Virus record (IMG/VR): IMGVR_UViG_3300045988_166916
Source: a virus
Reading direction: 5' to 3' (one strand)
Length of the DNA stretch: 43,624 nt
Under the pieces are notes generated by a model. It was not told where the DNA came from. It saw nothing but the letters and a program-made list of their open reading frames with translations, and made no database searches. A program made the position numbers and the translations under genes. This document shows, piece after piece, positions 8,260 to 16,308 of the stretch. Within the stretch, counting starts at the first letter, position 1, and each line of letters opens with the position of its first letter.

Positions 8260-8733
8260 TTATGCGAAATATTTGTTTTTGAGGGCAATTAGTTTGTCCC
8301 AATACGTGACTATCAGTCCGTCCATGTGGTAGTGGTATTCCCCTTTGTAGTTGGGTATTCCTCCGAGCCGATTTGCCGACCTCTCGGTATAAAAATGGTA
8401 GTAGTTAGCCGCGCGACAGAAAAGGCAATGCAGGCCGCTCGGAATGGCGAATACGGGCAGCCACAGCCATCCCCACCGTTTCGATTGTCTGACATGGCCG
8501 AACTCGTGATCGTATACGGGTTCTCGGGCTATGTTCTTGGGAGAGATAAAAACATAGCGTCCCATCGTCATTCCTCCCCGGACGTGCTTCGTTGCGTAGA
8601 ACACCGCCCCGCCTTGCTTGGTGATCTTCACGCGGTCGAAGCAGAATGCCAAGTACACAAGGCCGATTAGGTTCTGCGGGAGCTGCCATAGGTAGAGCAA
8701 CACCGCCCATACGATTCTCAGAAATTCTTTCAT
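8260..8733 (-). CDS. Membrane protein with an HExxH zincin-like motif. It is the last gene of the lysis operon.
   Basis: 157 aa with hydrophobic spans (IVWAVLLYLWQLPQNLIGLVYLAF and WGWLWLPVFAIPSGL). YDHEFGHVRQS contains HEFGH. The ATGA overlaps the upstream gene. Confidence 0.6.
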   Translation of the reverse strand: MKEFLRIVWAVLLYLWQLPQNLIGLVYLAFCFDRVKITKQGGAVFYATKHVRGGMTMGRYVFISPKNIAREPVYDHEFGHVRQSKRWGWLWLPVFAIPSGLHCLFCRAANYYHFYTERSANRLGGIPNYKGEYHYHMDGLIVTYWDKLIALKNKYFA

Positions 8734-9410
8734 CGTGTTTTCTTGGTAAATTGGATGTATTCAGTATAAACGATCTGTGTGTGCGGGTTCGACGACACGA
8801 CCTCCTGCCGGATTGCTTTCGTGCCCCAGCGGATAAATAGGAATCGCCGCGGAACCCGGTGTACGATTTGCCGGAGGGTGTCGATGCTTGTAACGTGGCA
8901 GCTCACCGAATCGGTCCGGATTATGCCGTCTACGCTCACATGCCGATCCGCCCATCTGAAAATCTTCGCTTCGGGGACTTTCGGCAGTCCGGAGAATTCC
9001 CGATCGAGGGCGGCCTTTACCGAATCGGCAGCCCTTCGCACCCCTGCGCCATATTTCTCCCACGCTGTCGGCTGCGGACCTGCGGGTTCCAGGGGCGCCG
9101 TGATCTGCACTTCGGTCCGCGTGGCCGTCGTGGCCGCCGCCTCCAGCCGCCGGACCTTGATCCGCAGCTCCCGGACTTGCGCGGTCAGTTGTGCGTTGTA
9201 GCGTTCCATCTCCGACGCCCTGAGTTCGAGCACTTGCCGGGATGCGGCGTGTTTTCCGCTCTCGGTTCGATAGAACTCCACGCTGTCGGTCAAGACCTCG
9301 TTGTTGGACTGGACGCGCCTGCGCTCGGCCCGTTCGCCCCGCAGGCGGACCGTTTGCAACCATAACAACCCGCCTATCACGAGCAGGGTGATAATCAGAA
9401 TGCGTTTCAT
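8730..9410 (-). CDS. N-terminally anchored coiled-coil protein, candidate spanin-like or lysis accessory protein.
   Basis: N-terminal TM is ILIITLLVIGGLLWL. A heptad-like Arg/Glu-rich helix follows (RASEMERYNAQLTAQVRELRIKVRRLEAA). ATGA overlaps occur at both ends. It lies downstream of the holin and endolysin. Confidence 0.5.
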   Translation of the reverse strand: MKRILIITLLVIGGLLWLQTVRLRGERAERRRVQSNNEVLTDSVEFYRTESGKHAASRQVLELRASEMERYNAQLTAQVRELRIKVRRLEAAATTATRTEVQITAPLEPAGPQPTAWEKYGAGVRRAADSVKAALDREFSGLPKVPEAKIFRWADRHVSVDGIIRTDSVSCHVTSIDTLRQIVHRVPRRFLFIRWGTKAIRQEVVSSNPHTQIVYTEYIQFTKKTR

Positions 9411-9715
9411 AGTACCTGCCAGTCGTCAGCGAAAATATCCTCCCATGTGGGGATGTAGGACGTTGCATGGGATTTCGAGCAGTCGTCGTTTACTTCGATG
9501 ATCAGCACCTGGTCGTGATACGATATGCTGCCGTCCCCTATTGTTCCGATAACAGCTTTCGCACGATCCGGTAAACTGGTCATGCGGGGAACGACTTCCG
9601 CTGGTACTGTCTGCGGAATCTGTTTGACGATGAACTTACCAGCCCATGTAGGGCTTGAATAACGGCTGAACGCCTCTCCCTCGTTAAGCCGATCGATGAT
9701 TTCGGAGAATTTCAT
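9407..9715 (-). CDS. DUF2829-like small protein (Tad2-like candidate).
   Basis: 102 aa. The N-terminus MKFSEIIDRLNEGEAFSRYSSPTWAGKFIV and C-terminus SYIPTWEDIFADDWQVL match the DUF2829 hallmark: F-x-E-A-x-x-L-x-x-G...R...W near the start and W-x-P-(S/T)-x-x-D-x-x-A-x-D-W-x-V at the end. Confidence 0.55.
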   Translation of the reverse strand: MKFSEIIDRLNEGEAFSRYSSPTWAGKFIVKQIPQTVPAEVVPRMTSLPDRAKAVIGTIGDGSISYHDQVLIIEVNDDCSKSHATSYIPTWEDIFADDWQVL

Positions 9716-9732
9716 ACGTTTTGATATTTAAG

Positions 9733-10272
9733 TTAGAGTAAACCTTCTGTCTTTGCGATCCGCGCCACGTTGTCGATCACCGAGGCCATCACTTCGGCAT
9801 AGTCCGGCGCCGTGGCGTACTTCGCACCCGTCCCGTCCATCAGCCGGCGGGCAAACTCTTTCGGATCATCGCGGTAGGGCCACGCATCGGCATAGCCCGG
9901 TTTGCGGAGCAGTTCCAGGTGATTGTCGAGACATTCATCCAGCGACGCGAAATTTCGGAAATACCGGTAGACGCGGTATTTGTATTTTCCGGGGGCCACT
10001 TGCTCGACCGATACGACCCGTTCCGGGGCCTTGAACTTCACATTCGGGGTCTTGAAATATTCGGTCGTCAGTTCCAGCGACACCGGGCCGGTCCAGCTGC
10101 TGCCCTTCGTGATCCCGAAGATGTTGTTGCCGACGCCCTTTATCTTCCATCCGGTTTCGAGGGCTGCCTGCGCCGTCACGAAAAGCGGATGCACTCCGCC
10201 GGAGCGATACAGCCGGGCCGCCGCGGGGTAAATCTTCCGGACAAATTCGATCTGTTCTTTTTTCGTTGCCAT
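9733..10272 (-). CDS. Endolysin, GH73 N-acetylglucosaminidase (FlgJ-like glucosaminidase domain).
   Basis: FVTAQAALETGWKIKGVGNNIFGITKG matches the glucosaminidase catalytic region. The gene is adjacent to the holin. Confidence 0.85.
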   Translation of the reverse strand: MATKKEQIEFVRKIYPAAARLYRSGGVHPLFVTAQAALETGWKIKGVGNNIFGITKGSSWTGPVSLELTTEYFKTPNVKFKAPERVVSVEQVAPGKYKYRVYRYFRNFASLDECLDNHLELLRKPGYADAWPYRDDPKEFARRLMDGTGAKYATAPDYAEVMASVIDNVARIAKTEGLL

Positions 10273-10286
10273 TTTTTTCGGTTATA

Positions 10287-10799
10287 TTATAAAGCCTCGT
10301 TCGTTCCGTCCAAATACTTTTTGGCCTCTTCGACCGGGACCTGCATTTTGCGGGCGACTTCTCCGGCGAGCACTTCACGGAAAATTCGCAGGAACCGCAT
10401 TTTCGGGTTTACGATCAGCGCCGAACCTCCCATGGACCAGAGTTCGACCAGACAGATCAGGGTGCATATCGTCACTACTGCGATTTGCGACTCTATCCCC
10501 GCCATCCGCTCGATCAGGATAAACCCTACGATCACCGAGGCATAAAGGGCGAGTTTTGAGAGCATTCCGTGTCGTCCGAGTTCGGATAGCGCGAAATGCC
10601 CGCGTTTGATCTGCGCGGCAATCCCCCATACGGTGTCGAGCGCCACGCATACGACTACGGCGTTGATGGCCCCTTCGTATCCGGCGAAGAAGTTCGCCAC
10701 GAAGACGCACATGGCGACGCACCATCCTTGAATCGTCTGGAATATCTCCGCCAGTTTGCAACCCATGTTCAGGACAGTTCCTGCGAATTTTCCGGTCAT
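10287..10799 (-). CDS. Holin (phage holin family resembling the LL-H / toxin-secretion holin type).
   Basis: 170 aa with multiple TM spans. LDTVWGIAAQIKRG...SKLALYASVIVGFILIE...LVELWSMGGSALIV resembles the holin_4 family pattern. It lies directly upstream of the endolysin. Confidence 0.7.
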   Translation of the reverse strand: MTGKFAGTVLNMGCKLAEIFQTIQGWCVAMCVFVANFFAGYEGAINAVVVCVALDTVWGIAAQIKRGHFALSELGRHGMLSKLALYASVIVGFILIERMAGIESQIAVVTICTLICLVELWSMGGSALIVNPKMRFLRIFREVLAGEVARKMQVPVEEAKKYLDGTNEAL

Positions 10800-10880
10800 G
10801 CTTGTTTTTGTCGTTGTTTCGGTTTGCGCCCCGGGCGCCGGTCAGAGCCCCCCGGGGCAATAGGGTTTAATGTTTTAGAA

Positions 10881-11192
10881 CTAAACTAATTCCGCCTCGA
10901 TGTTTCCGGAGGCAGGGATCGGTCCGAACCAACATTCGCCGTTGTTGCTGGCTTCGATATAGAACCGCTCACCTACATGGTCTGTTAACTCTTGGCCTAT
11001 CATGCTGGATAATTCGTTGAACGAGACTCGAACCGTCAGATCGTCTAATACATCGAACCAGCCAAGCCACGAAGTAGTGAGTTCGAACATAAGCTCTATA
11101 TTTTCGCCAGCTTCAACTCCGCATGCGTGCACGTCGATGATGACCTCCCTTACGTCAGTCCCCCCCCCGACTGGGAGATCGAGATCGTACAC
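10881..11192 (-). CDS. Acidic 103-codon ORF. It is either an independent small protein or the frameshift-dependent C-terminal extension of the fibre at 11150..12451.
   Basis: The track start is GTG (minus-strand gtg tac gat ctc...). The first ATG is at codon 35. The ORF overlaps the fibre by 43 nt, and both frames cross the same G9 tract. Confidence 0.45.
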   Translation of the reverse strand: MYDLDLPVGGGTDVREVIIDVHACGVEAGENIELMFELTTSWLGWFDVLDDLTVRVSFNELSSMIGQELTDHVGERFYIEASNNGECWFGPIPASGNIEAELV

Positions 11193-12451
11193 TGTACGGA
11201 CTCGTCTTCGGCCAAAGACAGCGTGACAGACCCGCTGCGGAGCAATCCCGTATTCTGGGGCACCTCGATCTGTATGGTTCCCGAGGTCTCCGTCGCTTGG
11301 GTTTCTGCGGCCTCTTCCCCTACGATCTGCGCTGAAAGGAACTCCCCTGCGATTGCCGCGATCTGCGGTGTTCCGTTCGTCGTGTATGCGAGCTCCAGCA
11401 TCTGCGCCGTCGAGTCGAGCGAATGGCTTGTGACTGCGAATCCGTCGCCGGTCGCCGTCTTTCCGTCCACGGTCAGGAAGTATTCGTCCGGAACCTCCGG
11501 TTCGTCATCAGCTACCCCCCCCGTGGTTATCTCCTCGATGATTTCCGTGATCACAACGGTCGTATCCGAAGAAGAGTCCGTCAGCCTGATACTGAGCGTA
11601 TCAAAGGCAGCTTCTCTATAAGGATTGTTGTCTTCGGTGGGGTCAACATAATTAGCTGTAACCACAAGTGAGGTGTTGGCCGTCAATGACCGTCTGACAA
11701 TGCCCGAAGCTATAAAGTTTATGCCGTCGGACAACAGACACCCGCATGTCTCGCATGAAAATGCGTATGCTGCATTGGCATTGCCAACGTATCCCCGGAT
11801 AATATAATTCGGTTGGTTAGAAAACGCCCGCATGGGAACGGTGACATTCTTATACTGAACCCCGTCCCACGTTATACCGGAGGCTACGACAGTTCTGCCG
11901 CTTCCGCTTTCCGAGGAACCTCCCGGGGTGTAAACGGCCCAGTCTCCGGCACTGGCGACTCCGCCGACCCCCGGTCCTCCGGATATATGGGCGTATGCCA
12001 TGCTTTTTTCCTCCCCGTCCGTCCGAAAAGCAAGCAGTATGCCCTGACGGTAGGTGTCGTCTTCGGAGCCCTTTATGGCGATGTAGATGCCATCGACGCG
12101 CTCCGCCATACCTCCGAAAGGACCATAGTCTCCATCCACGACCGACCCGTTGGCATACCACGTCACGATGGCCCCGGCCGGAACTTCGTTGAGCGATGTG
12201 AGGTCGTAAATGGCGCCGTATTCGCTGATTTCAACGGGTTCGTAAGTCGCAGCTTCCCCGGAGCCGCCCGTCGTTCCGCTTTGGGCATACCCGAGGTTGT
12301 TCCACGATGTTGTTCCGTCCCCGAACTTGAACTTTCGGGTATCGCTTTCGACGCCGATCTCTCCGCGCAGCAATACGGAGTCCGCGGCGCTCCATTGCGC
12401 CGCGGTCCTGTATTGGGGCAGAAACTTTCCCTTTAGAGTCTTCGTAGCCAT
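11150..12451 (-). CDS. Tail fibre / receptor-binding protein (paralog A).
   Basis: The N-terminus MATKTLKGKFLPQYRTAAQWSAADSVLLRGEIGVESDTRKFKFGDGTTSWNNLGY is the conserved phage-fibre N-terminal motif (GExGxExDT-x-K-x-K-x-GDG-x-T-x-WN-x-L). It lies downstream of the tape measure and baseplate genes. Confidence 0.8.
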   Translation of the reverse strand: MATKTLKGKFLPQYRTAAQWSAADSVLLRGEIGVESDTRKFKFGDGTTSWNNLGYAQSGTTGGSGEAATYEPVEISEYGAIYDLTSLNEVPAGAIVTWYANGSVVDGDYGPFGGMAERVDGIYIAIKGSEDDTYRQGILLAFRTDGEEKSMAYAHISGGPGVGGVASAGDWAVYTPGGSSESGSGRTVVASGITWDGVQYKNVTVPMRAFSNQPNYIIRGYVGNANAAYAFSCETCGCLLSDGINFIASGIVRRSLTANTSLVVTANYVDPTEDNNPYREAAFDTLSIRLTDSSSDTTVVITEIIEEITTGGVADDEPEVPDEYFLTVDGKTATGDGFAVTSHSLDSTAQMLELAYTTNGTPQIAAIAGEFLSAQIVGEEAAETQATETSGTIQIEVPQNTGLLRSGSVTLSLAEDESVQCTISISQSGGGLT

Positions 12452-12456
12452 CGTCG

Positions 12457-13593
12457 TCAGGCGTTGCCGTCCAGAATGAAGACATTCTCCTCGTCGGTGA
12501 GATAGGCTTCGGCAGCGGCCTTTGCCCGGGCCTCCGTGTAGTAGAGGTTGTCACCCTCTGCAAGATCGGTCGTGCTCTTTGCCGCGAATGCGGAATTGAA
12601 CCGTGCCTGCGTCCAGTAGAGATTCGTGCCACCCTCGGCGATGTTGTCCGTGGAGAGCACCACGACGCCGGTCTTTCCGTTCACGGATACCACGTCGCAC
12701 TCGGGCATGAGGAAGAGTTTCCAGTTGGCCTCCACCGAGGGGTCGTTCCCCGCAAGGATGTAGGTCTTGCCCTCGTCGGTGCGTCGACAGACATCGCCCT
12801 GCTGTGCCGTGAGCGCGAGCATCGCGTCCTTCGAGTCGGCGTCGAAGATGTCGGTGATCGCCACCTGGGGTATGATGGAGGTGTCGAGTTTTCCGTCGGC
12901 GCCGATCAGAGGCACGTTTCCGGCCGCTGCCCCGGCGTTTTTCTGCGCTGCGGTTCCGAGTTCGAGCAGGGTGCGGACATCGGCGGGAGCCATGGCGGAG
13001 ATCTTCGTGATGCGGCCCTTGGCGTCCACGGAGATCTTCGGAAGCTGGACATCGGACTGCGCTGTGAGGATCGAGGCGAGGGTCAGGGCCAGCGAGAGAT
13101 TCGCGGAGCCGTCGAACGACCCCGAGGCCGCTGCGTCGCCCGTGACGGCTACGGTCCGCGGTGCTGCGAGCTTGTCGGCTTGCAGGGCGTGATCGACTTT
13201 CCCGCTGGAAGGACCTGCCCCGGCGGCTTTGGCGTAGATCGACGCGAGCATGTCGCCGGCGCCGAGCGCTGCGAGGTCGGAGGCCAGCGCCACCTGCTCC
13301 CAGGCGTTTCCTGCGGTCTTCTTCAGCAGGATGTAGAGTTTCCCTGCGGTCTGATCGTAGTAGAACGTTCCCGGGATGCCGTCCACAGTAGTGGGCGCAG
13401 CAGTTCCGACTTCGAGGCCCTCCGAGCGGTAGGGAAGATCGTTCCAGGCGGTGGTTCCATCGCCGGTCTTCCAATGGCGGGTGTCGGATTCGATGCCTGC
13501 CTCGCCCTTCAGAAGGACGGGATTTTGTTCGGCCCATTCGGCCGCGGTCTGCGTCTTGAGCAGAAGACGCGCTTTTACAGTTTTTGTTGCCAT
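12457..13593 (-). CDS. Tail fibre protein (paralog B).
   Basis: The N-terminus MATKTVKARLLLKTQTAAEWAEQNPVLLKGEAGIESDTRHWKTGDGTTAWNDLPY carries the same motif as 11150..12451. The remainder is Ala/Gly-rich fibre-like sequence. Confidence 0.8.
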   Translation of the reverse strand: MATKTVKARLLLKTQTAAEWAEQNPVLLKGEAGIESDTRHWKTGDGTTAWNDLPYRSEGLEVGTAAPTTVDGIPGTFYYDQTAGKLYILLKKTAGNAWEQVALASDLAALGAGDMLASIYAKAAGAGPSSGKVDHALQADKLAAPRTVAVTGDAAASGSFDGSANLSLALTLASILTAQSDVQLPKISVDAKGRITKISAMAPADVRTLLELGTAAQKNAGAAAGNVPLIGADGKLDTSIIPQVAITDIFDADSKDAMLALTAQQGDVCRRTDEGKTYILAGNDPSVEANWKLFLMPECDVVSVNGKTGVVVLSTDNIAEGGTNLYWTQARFNSAFAAKSTTDLAEGDNLYYTEARAKAAAEAYLTDEENVFILDGNA

Positions 13594-13611
13594 GATGATA
13601 AGATTGAAAGG

Positions 13612-14334
13612 TTATCTGTTGTTGTCCAAAATGAGTTCGTCTTCGTCGTCTATTCCGACTCCGATACATTTGTAGCAAAGTCCGGTTTCGTCCCATCGGT
13701 AGGATTTGTCGGCTGTGGTATCGATGTAGAGCACTTCCGGATTTCCTACGGCCGGGAATTGAAGGTATGATCCGAAATGCAGGGACTCGGCCGTTCCGCC
13801 GGCAGCATCCATATCCTGCCATTGTAGATCGTAGTCTTTGTCGGACTTTTTCACGAGGACCTGGCCGGCGCTGCCGCCGGATGGGATTCCTATGCCCCGG
13901 AGCATCCTCTCCAGAACGACCGTTGCGGCTGCCGGCGTTTCCGAGTCGGTTCTCCCGGCCCAAAGTTCCCATCCGGTTAGCTGCGGGAGCACCTTCTTCT
14001 GCTCTCCGCTTTCGAACAAGTCATTGGGAACGTTGCGCAGCAGCCGGAAACAGAGCTTCCCGGGAGGCAGGCGGTGGTCTTTGAACTCTATGAGCATCGC
14101 ATCCGGCGTATCGTCCACGGGGCGGCAGTTCATGTATTGTTTTCCGTCGAACGCCGCCGTGAAGGATGTTCTGGACTTGTTCGGGCCTTCGTAGGTGTTG
14201 AAAACGATCTTCCAGGGATATTCCGGACGCTTGCCGTCCGGGAACCGGAAGATGAAGGGGAAATCCTCTTCGAAATTCTGCCGGAACAGGGCCGTGCGCT
14301 GCATGGCCATTATTTCTGTAATCGATGTGTTCAT
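13612..14334 (-). CDS. Tail/fibre-associated protein sharing a C-terminal module with 14374..15066.
   Basis: The C-terminus LHFGSYLQFPAVGNPEVLYIDTTADKSYRWDETGLCYKCIGVGIDDEDELIL aligns with IHFGPRELFPETGIAGTLYIDTANERAYRWDEAAAVYRCVGWGIDSSDEIIL in the next gene. Confidence 0.65.
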   Translation of the reverse strand: MNTSITEIMAMQRTALFRQNFEEDFPFIFRFPDGKRPEYPWKIVFNTYEGPNKSRTSFTAAFDGKQYMNCRPVDDTPDAMLIEFKDHRLPPGKLCFRLLRNVPNDLFESGEQKKVLPQLTGWELWAGRTDSETPAAATVVLERMLRGIGIPSGGSAGQVLVKKSDKDYDLQWQDMDAAGGTAESLHFGSYLQFPAVGNPEVLYIDTTADKSYRWDETGLCYKCIGVGIDDEDELILDNNR

Positions 14335-14373
14335 CTGTGCTTCTGCGTTGATGTTTATCGTATCGGTCGGTGT

Positions 14374-15066
14374 TTACGCCTCGTCCTGCGCGGAGAGTAT
14401 TATTTCGTCGCTGCTGTCGATGCCCCATCCGACACAGCGGTACACGGCCGCCGCTTCATCCCAGCGGTAGGCCCTCTCGTTTGCCGTGTCGATGTAGAGC
14501 GTTCCGGCAATTCCGGTCTCCGGAAACAGTTCCCGGGGGCCGAAATGGATCGGTTCCGCCCGACATCCCGTATCTTGGTTTCCTATCCACCAGTTCCCGT
14601 TCTCTCCGATGTGGGGCGTGACGCCGTCTTTGCCGCGGTATACCGTGCCGATGAATGCTTCGATCTCTGCCGACGCTTTCACGTCGTCGCTGGGTCCGTT
14701 CCAGAGCCAAATCCCGGGACAGGAGGGGATGCAGATATTCCTCGCGGTGTTGTTCCAAAACGCATCGGGCGAGCTGATCCATAGCTTCTGGCAGAGCCAC
14801 CCGCTGCCGAGGAAACATTTGGACAGGGGGACATATACGCAGAGCCTGTTGTCGTCGAGTTTTTCGCAATGATCGTATATGCCGTTTCTGCGGGACACCT
14901 TGAATCGGACGCCGTTGTCGGCGAAGAATTCGATTTCGAAATCTATGCTGTCCTCGGGAACGGGAGCCGGGACCGGATTCCCGTTGTCATCGGATTCCTG
15001 AAACTGTTCGATGAATGAAAAATCGGTTTGGTTGTTGAGTCGTATTTTTGCGGCTTTCGTTTCCAT
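14374..15066 (-). CDS. Tail/fibre-associated protein (230 aa).
   Basis: The track start at 15120 is TTG, so I chose the first ATG at 15066 (METKAAKIRLNN). It contains GKDGVTPHIGENGNWWIGNQDTG, a motif common in phage fibre proteins, and shares its C-terminal module with 13612..14334. Confidence 0.65.
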   Translation of the reverse strand: METKAAKIRLNNQTDFSFIEQFQESDDNGNPVPAPVPEDSIDFEIEFFADNGVRFKVSRRNGIYDHCEKLDDNRLCVYVPLSKCFLGSGWLCQKLWISSPDAFWNNTARNICIPSCPGIWLWNGPSDDVKASAEIEAFIGTVYRGKDGVTPHIGENGNWWIGNQDTGCRAEPIHFGPRELFPETGIAGTLYIDTANERAYRWDEAAAVYRCVGWGIDSSDEIILSAQDEA

Positions 15067-15123
15067 GTGCAGGTCGTTTGAGGCAAAATTAGGAGGTCGG
15101 CGTCCGCTTTGAAAGGACAAATC

Positions 15124-16260
15124 TTATCGTCTTTCGGGGAAAAATTCTCCGGGTATGATCTGCGGTTCGGGAAGTTCTGCCCGCTCGTAAAAACGCTGCT
15201 CGTTGCGTTCTGCGAGGTGGTATTTGAAGGTATACGCATTCAGTTCGCGTGCCGCGTGTTCGACTTTGTATTCATCCACAATGATCCGATGCCATTGGCC
15301 GTCGCGGTAAACCCAGCGGTCGCGGCTTTTGATGAAATCCTGGTATTGTGCGGCCATGCGCTCCGAATCGATATAGCCGGTGGAAGTCTCCCAGTAGGAG
15401 GTATAGTTGTTGGTCAGTTCCTTTTCGACCTCGGAGTTGGTGAAGGTCTCGACATCTCCCTCTGGCTTGAGAATGGTCTTTCCTTGCATCATCAGCGTGT
15501 CGAAGCCTCCCATGCCATTCACGAACCCGAAGCATTGATCGTCCATACGGTCCTTGCGCAGGAGATAACGCTGCCCGATCGGGTGGTTGGGCTTGTCGAT
15601 CAAAGTCGTGACCCCTCCCGATATTTGGGCCTTTTGGCTGGTTCCGAAGACATCGTAGGCGATGGGAATGAGGCCCTTTTCTTCGCAGAATTCTTGCCAG
15701 CAGGCGCCGAAGCTCGTGTCGATCTGATTATATGTGTAGGAACCGGGGGTCTCCGAAATCTGTTTGGTGAATGTACGGCCGTCGGCGGTATAAAGCGTGG
15801 TGTGAAGTTCCATTGTCTGGTAGGGGTACGGCCGGACAAATGCCAGCCATTGCGGCTGCCGGGGTGTTGTTTCGATGATCTGCGGCTGGTGCGTCAGGAA
15901 GTTCCGGGCAAAGAAGTCGATGATTTCAGACGCCGTATCGAAAGGTTTCGATAGTCCTCCCGGCATTAAGTAGCTGCCCAATTTCATACTTTCGCCACCT
16001 TTGTTAGCACTCCACGCAACCTGTGGGAGATTTTTGGTGGTTGTGTATGGACCGGCCAGCGAAGGGATAAGCCGAACCAGTTGGCGGACGTGGATGGTGA
16101 CCTCCCCGTTCGCATCCGGGTGTAGTTCGACATTATCGACTATTACGTTGTCGTCTATGAAATACGATATGCGCATCGGACTCTCGACTTCGGAGAAAAC
16201 GATATTGCTGGCATTCTCCGTAAAGGAGACCGCATAGTGACCGCGAATTGTGAATCCCAT
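15124..16260 (-). CDS. Tail / baseplate structural protein (hypothetical).
   Basis: 378-aa ORF with a verified ATG, positioned between the distal tail genes and the fibres. No diagnostic motif. Confidence 0.6.
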   Translation of the reverse strand: MGFTIRGHYAVSFTENASNIVFSEVESPMRISYFIDDNVIVDNVELHPDANGEVTIHVRQLVRLIPSLAGPYTTTKNLPQVAWSANKGGESMKLGSYLMPGGLSKPFDTASEIIDFFARNFLTHQPQIIETTPRQPQWLAFVRPYPYQTMELHTTLYTADGRTFTKQISETPGSYTYNQIDTSFGACWQEFCEEKGLIPIAYDVFGTSQKAQISGGVTTLIDKPNHPIGQRYLLRKDRMDDQCFGFVNGMGGFDTLMMQGKTILKPEGDVETFTNSEVEKELTNNYTSYWETSTGYIDSERMAAQYQDFIKSRDRWVYRDGQWHRIIVDEYKVEHAARELNAYTFKYHLAERNEQRFYERAELPEPQIIPGEFFPERR

Positions 16261-16308
16261 GTTTTTTTCGTCAAATGTATGGTTTCAGAAATCGGGATGA
16301 AAGGACAA

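Noticed and set aside
10800-10880. GC-rich palindromes (GCGCCCCGGGCGC and GCCCCCCGGGGC) between the 103-codon ORF and the holin gene, considered as a terminator.
   Set aside because: No T-run follows on the coding strand, so it may be only a weak structural element. Not enough evidence to call it.
11150-13593. Possible diversity-generating retroelement, because the fibre N-termini resemble those of Mtd-type receptor-binding proteins.
   Set aside because: No reverse transcriptase ORF exists anywhere in the 43.6 kb. I saw no template/variable repeat pair near the fibre 3' ends. The similarity is confined to the common N-terminal attachment motif.
12551-13972. Long alternative-frame ORFs overlapping real genes (for example 12551..13972, 473 aa; 8761..9468; 3378..4007; 33864..34382; 19466..19987).
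   Set aside because: Their translations are Arg/Pro/Gly/His-rich low-complexity strings typical of off-frame reading of GC-rich coding DNA. Each lies entirely within a gene that has recognisable motifs.
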